A stretch of 64,000 nucleotides of DNA from Bacteroidales bacterium (GTDB lineage: Bacteria; Bacteroidota; Bacteroidia; Bacteroidales; UBA1556), in the NCBI GenBank assembly GCA_015493685.1, contig WGCS01000034.1, positions 5,042 through 69,041 of the forward strand, written 5' to 3'. This document shows positions 1 to 9,398 of this stretch, one piece after another (position 1 is the first letter of the stretch; each line of letters opens with the position of its first letter). The notes beneath the pieces are model-generated. The model ran no database searches. It was not told the DNA's origin and saw only the letters and a list, made by a program, of their open reading frames with translations. A program made the position numbers and the translations under genes.

Positions 1-503
1 CTAAGCAAAATGGAAAGGTAGATTATAGCGAATTGGGTTTACTCTTTGATAAAACCATTGATGAAGCAAGACGTATTTCAAATAACTTGATGCCTGCGGC
101 TTTATCAGAATTTGGCTTGATTCCATCCATTAGAAATCTATGTAATGACTTGTCGGATCTATCCGCTATACCTATTCAGTTTTCAGTGAAAGGAAGAAAT
201 AATATTAAGAATAACCATAAAATCGCCATTTATATTTATCGAATTGTTCAAGAGGCTATAACTAATATTATTAAACATTCAGATGCAAGCAAGGCTTCTA
301 TCACTATTGAGTTTACTGCTGACTATGTGTATTTGGTAGTTAGGGATAATGGGAAGGGATTTAATGTGTTGGAGAAAAGAAATAGTCAGGGAAATGGATT
401 ATCCAATATACACGATAGGGTTTTGGTATTGAAAGGAAGCATCTCTATGAATTCAAATAAGGGAGAAGGAAGTGCTATTGAAATAAAAATTCCATTAAAA
501 TAA
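1..503 (+). CDS. Sensor histidine kinase, C-terminal part (end of HisKA_3 helix plus HATPase_c). The 5' end lies outside the window.
   Basis: The reading frame is open to the window edge, with no stop upstream of the TTG at 33. N-box-like IYRIVQEAITNIIKHS, G1 VRDNGKGF and G2 GNGLSNI are present. A NarL-type response regulator follows directly. Confidence 0.85.
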   Translation, partial: KQNGKVDYSELGLLFDKTIDEARRISNNLMPAALSEFGLIPSIRNLCNDLSDLSAIPIQFSVKGRNNIKNNHKIAIYIYRIVQEAITNIIKHSDASKASITIEFTADYVYLVVRDNGKGFNVLEKRNSQGNGLSNIHDRVLVLKGSISMNSNKGEGSAIEIKIPLK

Positions 504-509
504 ACATTT

Positions 510-1169
510 ATGAATAGAATAAAAATAATACTAGTAGATGATCATCAGATTGTTAGAGATGGAATTAAAGCACTTTTATCAGATACTTCTTATATCAATA
601 TTATTGGTGAGGCAAAGAGTGCTTATGAGTTTTTTGATTTGTTAAAGATAGAAACGCCGGATGTGGTATTACTCGATATTTCATTACCTAAAATGTCAGG
701 GATAGAGGTTTCAAAAATTCTTTCTGCTGAATTTCCTGAAATAAAAAAACTAATGCTGTCGATGTATGTCTCAGAAGATTTTATCTTCAATGCGTTAAAA
801 TCGGGTATTGATGGTTATCTTCCTAAAAATACTACTCAAGAAGAATTGCTTTTTGCTATCAAAGAGGTGTATGAGGGAAGAGAGTATTTTAATAAATCAA
901 TTAGCGATACCATTCTTAAAAGTTATGTCAAAAATGCTAAGTATGGTAATACTGTTTCTGATAATAATTTGGGAAGTCTTACAAAACGGGAACATGAAAT
1001 ACTTTTTTATGTGGTAGAAGGACTTTCTAATCCAAAAATAGCTGAAATATTATCTATTAGTGTGCGTACTGTTGAAACCCATAAAACGAGTATTCTTAGG
1101 AAACTTGACCTACATAGTATAGTGGATTTGGTGAAATTTGCCATTAAAAATAATATTATTGAACTATAG
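510..1169 (+). CDS. Response regulator, NarL/FixJ family (REC domain plus LuxR-type HTH)
   Basis: N-terminal IILVDDH and VVLLDISLP phospho-acceptor context. C-terminal LTKREHEILFYVVEGLSNPKIAEILSISVRTVETHKTSILRKL. It starts 7 bp after the kinase stop. Confidence 0.9.
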   Translation: MNRIKIILVDDHQIVRDGIKALLSDTSYINIIGEAKSAYEFFDLLKIETPDVVLLDISLPKMSGIEVSKILSAEFPEIKKLMLSMYVSEDFIFNALKSGIDGYLPKNTTQEELLFAIKEVYEGREYFNKSISDTILKSYVKNAKYGNTVSDNNLGSLTKREHEILFYVVEGLSNPKIAEILSISVRTVETHKTSILRKLDLHSIVDLVKFAIKNNIIEL

Positions 1170-1170
1170 C

Positions 1171-1193
1171 CATCTACGTGTTTCGCGTAGATG
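1171..1193 (+). terminator. Weak hairpin after the response regulator gene
   Basis: CATCTACG-tgtttcg-CGTAGATG, an 8-bp stem starting 2 nt after the stop. No clear T-tract follows. Confidence 0.3.
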
Positions 1194-1235
1194 AAATTAC
1201 GTATTCTTCTAATTGTATAGGAAATGGAATTCTTT

Positions 1236-1243
1236 CATCTTTG
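1236..1243 (+). promoter_or_regulatory. Candidate imperfect Bacteroidetes -7 box (cAtcTTTG)
   Basis: Matches TAnnTTTG except at the first base. It lies 29 bp upstream of the ATG at 1272. Confidence 0.3.
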
Positions 1244-1271
1244 TAGCTAAATAATATTGGGACAAACATCT

Positions 1272-2030
1272 ATGAATAAATTTATACTAAGAAATATTTT
1301 CTTGCTGATATTTATTGGGTTAACAACTTCAAATGTATTAGCACAAGCCGACAGCTCTACCACAGTAAACCCATTTTCGGTCAGTTGTGACTTGATGAGT
1401 CGTTATGTGTGGAGAGGAACCGATTTTGGTGCGTCGCCAAGTATTCAACCGGGGATTACTTTTACCAAGGGAAATTTTGTTGCCGGGGTTTGGGGTGCTT
1501 ATGCCACAAATAGTAGAGGGACGCAAGAAGCTGATTTATTTGCTTCCTATACGCTAAAGAAACATTTTACCTTTACTATTACCGATTATTTTTTCCCTGA
1601 TGAAGTAAATACTTACAACTATTTTAACTATCAGGATAGCACAACAGGACATGTTTTTGAAGCTTCAATCTCCTATTCAGGTCCGGATAAGTTCCCTATT
1701 ACACTTTTGTTGGCAACTAATTTTTATGGTGCTGATGCGCATAAACTAAAGGCCGATGGTTCGCAAGGAGGAATTCAATATTCTACTTATGCCGAAGTAA
1801 GTTATGCCTTTAAATATGCTGATGTTTTTATGGGGACAAATCTTACTAATGTTGATAGAAGTCGAGGTGAATCCGGTTTCTATGGTGATTATTTGGGTGT
1901 AGTAAATTTTGGTATAACCACCACTAAGGATATTAAAATTACCAACGACTTTTCATTACCATTAAAGGTATCATTGATAACAAATCCACAAGCACAGAGA
2001 ATATTTCTTGTTGCCGGATTTTCATTTTAA
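1272..2030 (+). CDS. Putative outer-membrane beta-barrel porin, co-transcribed with amtB
   Basis: Signal peptide MNKFILRNIFLLIFIGLTTSNVLAQA. Alternating aromatic/polar strand-like segments. C-terminal ...FLVAGFSF ends in Phe, an OMP beta-signal. It ends 34 bp upstream of amtB. Start moved from the track TTG (1257) to the ATG at 1272. Confidence 0.5.
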   Translation: MNKFILRNIFLLIFIGLTTSNVLAQADSSTTVNPFSVSCDLMSRYVWRGTDFGASPSIQPGITFTKGNFVAGVWGAYATNSRGTQEADLFASYTLKKHFTFTITDYFFPDEVNTYNYFNYQDSTTGHVFEASISYSGPDKFPITLLLATNFYGADAHKLKADGSQGGIQYSTYAEVSYAFKYADVFMGTNLTNVDRSRGESGFYGDYLGVVNFGITTTKDIKITNDFSLPLKVSLITNPQAQRIFLVAGFSF

Positions 2031-2064
2031 TAATTTCATTTTTTTAATCTAAATAATAAGATTT

Positions 2065-3282
2065 ATGTTTGATACAGGAACGACGACATTTATGATACTC
2101 AGTACGAGTCTTGTAATGTTAATGACACCGGGATTGGCTTTCTTTTATGGCGGTTTGGCCGGTAAGAGAAATATCCTCGGTATAATGATGCAAACATTTG
2201 TGTCATTAGGTATTACCACCATACTATGGATAGCAGTAGGTTATTCACTTAGTTTCAGCGGTGGTGAAGGCGGAATTATAGGGAATCTCGACTGGTCATT
2301 TCTTAGAGGTATTCCTTTTAATCAGGCCTATAGTGGGGCCGATGGCAAATACCCGGAATATATTTTTATCGCTTATCAGATGATGTTCGCCATTATCACT
2401 CCTGCATTGATTACGGGAGCCTTTGTCAATAGGGTTACTTTTAAGGCTTATTTGATATTTCTTGTAGCTTGGCAATTACTTGTTTACTATCCATTTGTAC
2501 ACATGGTATGGGGTGGTGGCCTTTTGGCAACGTGGGGCGTTCTTGACTTTGCCGGTGGTATTGTTGTTCATGCAACAGCTGGTTTTGCTGCCTTAGCTTC
2601 TGTTTTTTATGTTGGTAAACGTAGAGGTAAGCAATCTCCTCCCAATAGTATTCCTTTGGTAGCTATTGGTACCGGACTTCTTTGGTTTGGTTGGTATGGC
2701 TTTAATGCCGGTAGCGAACTTAAAGTTGATGCTATTACAACAACAGCCTTTTTAAATACTGATATTGCTGCTTCCTTTGCCTCAATAACTTGGCTTATTA
2801 TTGAGTGGGTAAAAGAAGGGAAGCCTAAATTTGTTGGTCTTCTTACCGGTGCTGTTGCCGGCCTTGCCACTATTACACCTGCTGCCGGTTATGTCCCTGT
2901 TTGGGCCGCTGTGTTAATAGGTATTGCTTCTGCCATTATTTGTTTTGCTGCTGTTGGCCTTAAGAATCGTTGGGGATGGGATGATGCCCTTGATGTTTGG
3001 GGTGTGCATGGTATGGGTGGATTAACGGGTACTATCCTTTTGGGAGTGTTCGCTTCTTCTGCCATTAATGGTCAGTCAGGACTATTGGAAGGAAATACTT
3101 CTTTCTTTATTAAAGAAACAGTTGCTGTTTTGGGTGCTGCAGCCTATGCATTTGTATTCACTTATGTCATGCTTATCGTTATCAATTTTGTAACCCGCGT
3201 TAAAGTTACGGAACAAGAGGAAATTGAAGGGCTTGATGCCTCGCTCCATGGTGAGCGAGCTTATGATGAGGGCTCCCTATAG
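2065..3282 (+). CDS. amtB: Ammonium transporter (Amt family)
   Basis: 405-aa polytopic membrane protein with Amt signatures: DFAGGIVVHATAGFAALA, WFGWYGFNAGS and ALDVWGVHGMGG. Confidence 0.95.
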   Translation: MFDTGTTTFMILSTSLVMLMTPGLAFFYGGLAGKRNILGIMMQTFVSLGITTILWIAVGYSLSFSGGEGGIIGNLDWSFLRGIPFNQAYSGADGKYPEYIFIAYQMMFAIITPALITGAFVNRVTFKAYLIFLVAWQLLVYYPFVHMVWGGGLLATWGVLDFAGGIVVHATAGFAALASVFYVGKRRGKQSPPNSIPLVAIGTGLLWFGWYGFNAGSELKVDAITTTAFLNTDIAASFASITWLIIEWVKEGKPKFVGLLTGAVAGLATITPAAGYVPVWAAVLIGIASAIICFAAVGLKNRWGWDDALDVWGVHGMGGLTGTILLGVFASSAINGQSGLLEGNTSFFIKETVAVLGAAAYAFVFTYVMLIVINFVTRVKVTEQEEIEGLDASLHGERAYDEGSL

Positions 3283-3321
3283 TAGCATATAGATTATTTT
3301 TTGGGAAATATATAGTAGTAA

Positions 3322-3357
3322 TGCCGGATTACACAGTGTGTAATTCGGCATTTTTTA
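3322..3357 (+). terminator. Rho-independent terminator of the porin-amtB operon
   Basis: TGCCGGATTACAC-agt-GTGTAATTCGGCA, a 13-bp stem with one G:T pair, followed by TTTTTT. Confidence 0.8.
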
Positions 3358-3628
3358 TTGCTAACCTTATGAGGTGCGTCACCTAAAAATTGTAATGCTA
3401 CTCTATTGCATAATGTTGATTGTATTGATCCCGAAATCAGCTTACCAGAATGGTTGCTTTCGTGGGTTAATTATATTTTGGTCGCATTTCTAACAATTGT
3501 CTTAAGTGATTTTAGTTGTAACTTTGTAAATTGCTTAACAATTTGATTTTCTTACAGTATATAGTGCTATAAACTGTAAACATGTTTGTTAGGTTTATTA
3601 AATTTAATATTGAGTAAATACTTCTAAT

Positions 3629-4156
3629 ATGTTTCAACTTAAACCTTTAGACCCTTCTGATGTTAAGTATTTCTATCAATGGCTCAACGATGATGAGGCA
3701 ATTCAATATTCGTTATCGCTTTTTCAAAAGATTAGTAGTGAGAAAGAGATTAATAATTGGTTTGTTAATTCTGTATTATTTAAGGAGGATAAGACCTTAA
3801 ATCTGGGAATATATTTAGATAATGGGAACAAACTGATTGGTTATACCGGTTTGTGTAATATCTCCAAGGAAAATAAATCGGGAGAATATTTTATCTTTAT
3901 TGGAGATAAAAATATGTGGGGTAGGGGGATAGGAACATTAATTACTAAGCAAATTCTTAAAATAGGTTTTGAAAATTTTAATCTTAATAGGATTTATTTA
4001 ACCGTATCCGAGTTGAATACTTCCGGTCTTAAAGCCTATCAAAAGGCGGGCTTTGTAGATGAAGGTAGATTGAGGGAGGCTAATTTTAGAAAGGGTAAAT
4101 TTCATGACAAAATAATTATGTCGGTGCTCAAATCAGAATGGAAATTACAGAATTAA
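3629..4156 (+). CDS. GNAT family N-acetyltransferase (RimJ/RimL-like)
   Basis: 175 aa. Acetyl-CoA binding motif WGRGIGTLITKQIL. C-terminal ...AYQKAGFVDEGRLRE is typical of the family. Confidence 0.8.
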   Translation: MFQLKPLDPSDVKYFYQWLNDDEAIQYSLSLFQKISSEKEINNWFVNSVLFKEDKTLNLGIYLDNGNKLIGYTGLCNISKENKSGEYFIFIGDKNMWGRGIGTLITKQILKIGFENFNLNRIYLTVSELNTSGLKAYQKAGFVDEGRLREANFRKGKFHDKIIMSVLKSEWKLQN

Positions 4157-4169
4157 TAGGGATAAAAGG

Positions 4170-4739
4170 ATGCAACAATTAAGAAAATACCTGGATAAGA
4201 TGGGTAGTGTTAGCGATGCTGATTGGGAGTTTTTTATTTCTAAACTTCAACAAAGAAGCTTCCCCAAGAAGGCGCATATTATTAATAGAGGAGAAGTTGA
4301 AAATCATGTCTCATTTATTGAAAAAGGAATAGTACGTTTATATATTCCCAATGAAAATAAGGATAAGGAAATCACCTTTGGCTTTAGCTTTGAGAACGAA
4401 TTTATTAGTGCGTATGATTCTTTTTTAAGCAGGCAGCCATCTAAATTTTCATTACAAACGCTTTCTCCTACCAAAATGTGGAGCATTAATTATGAGGAGC
4501 TACAGCATGTATATAAAAGGACTAAAATAGGAAATGCAATTGGCCGATATTATGCAGAACAATTGTTTATGATAAAGTCGGAGAGAGAACAGGCTCTGTT
4601 ATTATTATCGGCAGAGCAGCGCTATCGTAATCTTTTCTTGCAACGTCCTAATTTATTTAAAGAAATTCCTTTAAAATTTTTGGCTTCTTATATTGGCGTT
4701 ACTCCTCAGGCTTTAAGCCGCATTAGAAAAAGAATCTAA
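4170..4739 (+). CDS. Crp/Fnr family transcriptional regulator
   Basis: 189 aa. N-terminal cNMP-binding-like beta-roll (FPKKAHIINRGEVENHVSFIEKGIVRLY). C-terminal HTH (LKFLASYIGVTPQALSRIRKR). Confidence 0.8.
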   Translation: MQQLRKYLDKMGSVSDADWEFFISKLQQRSFPKKAHIINRGEVENHVSFIEKGIVRLYIPNENKDKEITFGFSFENEFISAYDSFLSRQPSKFSLQTLSPTKMWSINYEELQHVYKRTKIGNAIGRYYAEQLFMIKSEREQALLLLSAEQRYRNLFLQRPNLFKEIPLKFLASYIGVTPQALSRIRKRI

Positions 4740-4962
4740 TCTATGTTTTATTAACTTAAGTTCATTGTTTATTATCGGAAATAGTGAGTTCTTTGTATTG
4801 TAATAGTTTAAAAGACTAACGCTATGAAGTAAATGCTGATGGCTCGTTACCGTTTATGACAATTTTATAGTATAAATTGATCCATAAGCTTACGATAAAT
4901 ATAGTGTTAACTGACTCCATATCACCGTTCCGATAGCTACCGGAATAATAAATTCTAAACAG

Positions 4963-5709
4963 ATGAAAAACTATTTTGAAAAGCAATTTGAGTTACGTTA
5001 TTTTGAGATGAACAAGTTTCAGGAGGCTTCCCCAACGACTATGCTTACGCTTCTTGAGGAAACAGCTGCCGATCACTGCCATGCCATTGGAAATAGCCTA
5101 TTTGATTTGTTGAATCGTAATATAGGTTGGGTGCTGGTTTCAGGAACCATGCAAATTGATCGCTATCCTAAGTATAAGGAAAATATAAAAATACGTACTT
5201 GGCTCTCTGAATTTACAACGATTAAGGGTATTCGTGAGAATATTATTTATGATGAAAAAAACCATATTATCGGTAGATCCAAGGGAATGTGGTTGTATTT
5301 TGATATTCAAAAGAGGAGACCTGTTCCTATTGACAAGGTATTTATTGATAAATGGGGTATTGATAAGGAGCAAAGTATGGAGTATAATTTAAAACAAAAG
5401 ATTAGTCCCATTGAAATATCGGAAAATCATCTGGAGTATAAAGTGAATAATTTTGATATCGACTCTAACCAACATGTTAATAATATAAGGTATTTGCAAT
5501 GGGCTATGGATACTATGCCTCAACATTTTCTTGATATGTATACTCTTAGCGGTATTGATGGTAGCTTTCTTTCTGAAGCGAAATATGGTGATATTATTAT
5601 TTCAGATACCTTGGCCGGCGAAAAAGAAAATAGTTTTAAGCATACTATTCGTACAGCAAAAGATGAAAAAGTATGTGTTGTAGCACAAACTTATTGGAAG
5701 CTGCGATAG
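4963..5709 (+). CDS. Acyl-ACP thioesterase family protein
   Basis: 248 aa with double hot-dog organisation. The N-terminal block FELRYFEMNKFQEASPTTMLTLLEETAADHC and the second-half block VNNFDIDSNQHVNNIRYLQWAMD resemble acyl-ACP thioesterases. Confidence 0.7.
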   Translation: MKNYFEKQFELRYFEMNKFQEASPTTMLTLLEETAADHCHAIGNSLFDLLNRNIGWVLVSGTMQIDRYPKYKENIKIRTWLSEFTTIKGIRENIIYDEKNHIIGRSKGMWLYFDIQKRRPVPIDKVFIDKWGIDKEQSMEYNLKQKISPIEISENHLEYKVNNFDIDSNQHVNNIRYLQWAMDTMPQHFLDMYTLSGIDGSFLSEAKYGDIIISDTLAGEKENSFKHTIRTAKDEKVCVVAQTYWKLR

Positions 5710-6114
5710 TATTTGATAACATTACTTTTATGTGACGTAATTTATATAATCTGTAGGTAGAGCTTGCTGAAAAGCACAAAAATAGTAATCTATAGATATC
5801 TATAAACGTATTCCACATAATAAGCGCAAGGTTTTCGAGCATAATAGTGTAAAATCAGTGCAATTATTAAAGCTTGATAAAGCAATCTTTTGTTACTTAG
5901 AAGCACAACTCTTTTTTTAACTTCTTCGTCTTGCAGTATTTTTATACATCTATACCTCAAAAATCAAAAAATTGCATTTGCTGGTTAAATCTACCAGACC
6001 CTAGGTAGAAGAATTTATTCCCTTAGGTGTGAATATTAATTTTACTTTTGCCAAATTCTAAAACTGATTGATTTTTGGTTTTTATAAGCTTATATATTTC
6101 TGTTCTACTATTCT

Positions 6115-6690
6115 ATGAAAAAGAAAACATCGGTGGCTATACTTATAGTCCTCTCTATATTGTTTGGAACAATAATTTATTCCTATCTAAGGTATATTCT
6201 ATTTGGCAAGTTTAATACTGATAATAATGTTGTGTTTATTTTAAACAAAACGTTTATCTTTTCAGCGGTACTACTTATTCCTTTTATGATTCAAACCAAG
6301 TATAAACTGTATCGTTATTTGGTTGATATTCTGGTAGTACTACATATTGGCATTAGCCTATATTCTTTGTCTCCGGGTTTTTATCCTCAATTTTTCGACT
6401 CCGATAATATGCTTAATGTCTGGGGGATTTCCGTGGTGAGTTTTGGTAGTATCGCAGGCCTTTTCTTTTTTAATGCTATCGCCAAACAATTTATTGAAAT
6501 ATCGAAACGGTGGAATTCTGTCTTTTTCTTGCTATTTGTTATTGCCCATAATGTGGCGCTTGACTATTCCGGTTGGTTTAATTTTGACCATTGGTATGGC
6601 GGTCTCCCTCCAATAAGTTTACTGACAAGTATTGTCTTAGTTTATTCCTTGGTACTCGTTTTAATACAGCCGTTGAGGAAAAAGAGTTGA
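6115..6690 (+). CDS. Hypothetical integral membrane protein
   Basis: 191 aa with about 5 hydrophobic segments. No recognisable motif. Confidence 0.5.
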   Translation: MKKKTSVAILIVLSILFGTIIYSYLRYILFGKFNTDNNVVFILNKTFIFSAVLLIPFMIQTKYKLYRYLVDILVVLHIGISLYSLSPGFYPQFFDSDNMLNVWGISVVSFGSIAGLFFFNAIAKQFIEISKRWNSVFFLLFVIAHNVALDYSGWFNFDHWYGGLPPISLLTSIVLVYSLVLVLIQPLRKKS

Positions 6691-6840
6691 TGCTAATTCG
6701 ACTCACTTATAAAGTAAAACAAAACACAATAAGTAAGAATTTATGCGGCCTATGATGGTCCATAGAGATTATTTGATGCTTGGTATCACCTATGAGGTTT
6801 GTTGAAAATAATCATCTTGCTATGGAGAAGGTAATATGAT

Positions 6841-7926
6841 CTAAGCTTTTTTTAATAATATAAGAGCAAAGTCTTTTTCAGAAAGGTAGGCTTGTTGAAA
6901 AAGGAGAACGTACTCAATATCATTTAGCTTAATGCTTTGTTTAGTATACCAAATATTCTCATCGATTTTTTTTGAGCTAAGAATTTGATTTGCCATCCAA
7001 AAACCAAAGGCAGAAGCACTGGGATGTTCTCCCACATAGTGTTTGTAGAAAGCAATAGGCGTGTTTTTAAAATGATTTTGTAAGAATTTTTGCTGCGGTT
7101 TGTCGTAGCTTTCTACTCCATTAAAGCCGGCAATTAGTAAATTAATTTGCGAACGACTGATGTTGTTTTGTAGAAGAAAATCCAATAAAATTTCATCAAG
7201 GGATTCAAAAGAGGTATGGATGACTTTTACATCAAGTAGTTGTGCATACGAATGCTCTGTACGTTGACTCGATAAGATAAAGAAGCTTGAACTTTCTCCC
7301 ATAATTGCACCCTGAATATAATTGTTCTCTTTTATTGCAAATGGATTTAGAGCTTCTTTTGTCCATAAATCTCCTTGTGATTTATGTTCGAAGGTTTCTT
7401 CTGTTATTTCATCAATCCCCCCAACGAGAATAGTTTTTGCTTTGTCTTCTGCAAATAGCATTATAGCATCAATAAGGCTTATTTCAAAAGCAGCGCCATG
7501 ATGAGTGTAGGTAGTATTATATTGTTTGTTTTTGAGCATTAGTGCTATGCTTCCGGCGACAATATTATTGGTAGATTGCACAAAAGAAGTGGGAATTAGC
7601 ATTCTTTCTTTATTATCAATAATACTATTTAAAAATTTTTGTGTATCACTTATATTTCCGTTTCCGGTGCCAACAATTATTGCGTCAATGGAGTTGCTAT
7701 TGGCATCTTCTATCGCTTTCTGTGCGCCAATAAGGCCAAGTTTCATTTGCTTTGCCATACGGCGCAATTGCTTTGCCGGAATATAATCTCTGTATTTTGG
7801 TGCAATAATCTGGAAATATTTCCGTGGTATAAGCTCTACTGTGCTATCAAAAAACAGATTATTGAAACTCGCTTGTGGTGATATGCTATGGATGCCATTT
7901 ACGTAAATAGGTTTATTCATTATCAC
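6841..7926 (-). CDS. Beta-ketoacyl synthase-like protein lacking the active-site Cys (chain-length-factor type)
   Basis: 361 aa, thiolase-fold-like. The position of the KS nucleophile reads STNNIVAGSIAL, with no Cys. It overlaps the stop of the upstream KS gene, which suggests translational coupling. Confidence 0.7.
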   Translation of the reverse strand: MIMNKPIYVNGIHSISPQASFNNLFFDSTVELIPRKYFQIIAPKYRDYIPAKQLRRMAKQMKLGLIGAQKAIEDANSNSIDAIIVGTGNGNISDTQKFLNSIIDNKERMLIPTSFVQSTNNIVAGSIALMLKNKQYNTTYTHHGAAFEISLIDAIMLFAEDKAKTILVGGIDEITEETFEHKSQGDLWTKEALNPFAIKENNYIQGAIMGESSSFFILSSQRTEHSYAQLLDVKVIHTSFESLDEILLDFLLQNNISRSQINLLIAGFNGVESYDKPQQKFLQNHFKNTPIAFYKHYVGEHPSASAFGFWMANQILSSKKIDENIWYTKQSIKLNDIEYVLLFQQAYLSEKDFALILLKKA

Positions 7927-9118
7927 CTCCTTTATTTACTTTGCCAAAAACGATACTGGTATTGTTGCCTCCAAATCCAAAAGCATTGCTTAGGACATAG
8001 GATAGATTAATATTTCTTTTCACTTTGAGTATTGGTATCAATTGTTCATCCATGGCTTCCTTGAAGTTGAGATTGGGAAACAGAAAAGAATATTTCATAG
8101 CCAAAATAGCATATATGGCATTAAGTGCTCCTGCAGCTCCTAAAGTATGTCCTACATAAGATTTTGAGGAGGCAAAAGGAGGAATATTAGTCTTAAAAAT
8201 ACGTTTTAAGGCTTCTCCTTCTGAAGTGTCATTATTGGGTGTTGCTGTTCCATGGGCATGGACGAAAGAAATTTGTTCCGGCATTAGTGCTGCTTCTTTC
8301 AATGCTTGTTTTATTGTAGCATAAGCTCCTTCGCCATCGGGCGATGAGGCAGAGGAATGGAAGGCGTCATTGCGGTTGGCATAACCCAATACTTCTGCGT
8401 ATATATCTTTCTTTCCCAAAACATCCTCTGATTCTAGCACCAGAAAAGCGCCTCCTTCCCCTAAATTTAGACCCTGATGCCGAGCATCGAAAGGTTTACA
8501 ATTTTCCTCGTCATAAATCATTAAACTGGCAAAGCCATTTAAAGAGAATTTGGTTAAAGGATCGCTGCCTCCTACTAATACGCGCTTTGCTCTTCCGTTT
8601 TTGATAAGTCGCGTTCCAAGAATAATAGCGTTGGCTGAGGATGAGCAGGCTGTATTAATGGTGGAAGTATAAGCGGAGGTGTGAAGGTAGTCGGCAAGTT
8701 GGCGTGTGGTTTCGCCTCCCGGATGAGCTTGATTAAAATAGTATGGGTCTGTAGTTTGATAATCACGGTAATTGGCTTCCGTAATATCTATTCCTCCTAC
8801 GGTATTTCCACCCACGATGGCCATATCTTTCTGATCTTCAATGCTAAGTTTTGCCTCAGCAATGGCTTCGTTGGCAGCAATTATGGTGAGTAGTTGTCCC
8901 CTTGTATATCGAGTTCCTTGATTGAAATTGGGAATTAAATTGAGAAGCTGAGTATTTGTTAAATCAATCTCTGCTGCGGGCCATTTTCCACGATGAATAG
9001 TGCTGAGCCCGCTAATGGGTTTAATGCCTGTTCTACCTTGCTGTAAGGCCTTGAGGTTTTCGTTCACATTGACTCCTATGGATGATATTACGCCCATTCC
9101 CGTTACGAAAACTCTCAT
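7913..9118 (-). CDS. Beta-ketoacyl-ACP synthase (FabF/FabB-like, Cys-His-His type)
   Basis: 401 aa. Active-site NTACSSSANAI. His motifs HAHGTATPNND and SYVGHTLGAAG. C-terminal NAFGFGGNNTS. Confidence 0.9.
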   Translation of the reverse strand: MRVFVTGMGVISSIGVNVNENLKALQQGRTGIKPISGLSTIHRGKWPAAEIDLTNTQLLNLIPNFNQGTRYTRGQLLTIIAANEAIAEAKLSIEDQKDMAIVGGNTVGGIDITEANYRDYQTTDPYYFNQAHPGGETTRQLADYLHTSAYTSTINTACSSSANAIILGTRLIKNGRAKRVLVGGSDPLTKFSLNGFASLMIYDEENCKPFDARHQGLNLGEGGAFLVLESEDVLGKKDIYAEVLGYANRNDAFHSSASSPDGEGAYATIKQALKEAALMPEQISFVHAHGTATPNNDTSEGEALKRIFKTNIPPFASSKSYVGHTLGAAGALNAIYAILAMKYSFLFPNLNFKEAMDEQLIPILKVKRNINLSYVLSNAFGFGGNNTSIVFGKVNKGGDNE

Positions 9119-9139
9119 AGCTATGCCTTGTTCTGTTAT

Positions 9140-9397
9140 TTATGCTGCTTTATTGGCTCTAATGTAATCAGCCATCGACTTAATAGAAAATAAGATGTCT
9201 TTTCCTTTTCTTGAATCTCCTACTTTGATTCCATATTCTTTTTCTAGCAATACTATCAATTCTAAGGCATCTATGGAGTCTAGTCCTAAACCTTCGTTAA
9301 ATAGTGGATCTTCAATATTGATATCATCGGGCTCAATATCTTCCATATTTAGTTGCTCAATAATTTGTAATTTTAATTCTTCTTCCAATCGATTCAT
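9140..9397 (-). CDS. Acyl carrier protein
   Basis: GLDSIDALELIVLLE phosphopantetheine-attachment motif. Start set at MNRLEE (9397), immediately after the permease stop, rather than the overlapping track start at 9421. Confidence 0.85.
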   Translation of the reverse strand: MNRLEEELKLQIIEQLNMEDIEPDDINIEDPLFNEGLGLDSIDALELIVLLEKEYGIKVGDSRKGKDILFSIKSMADYIRANKAA

Positions 9398-9398
9398 T

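Noticed and set aside
5981-5997. CTGGT-taaatct-ACCAG hairpin (5-bp stem, 7-nt loop) resembling a tRNA arm
   Set aside because: The flanking sequence cannot be folded into an acceptor stem or the other arms, and there is no GTTCGAATC-type T-loop. It is not a tRNA.
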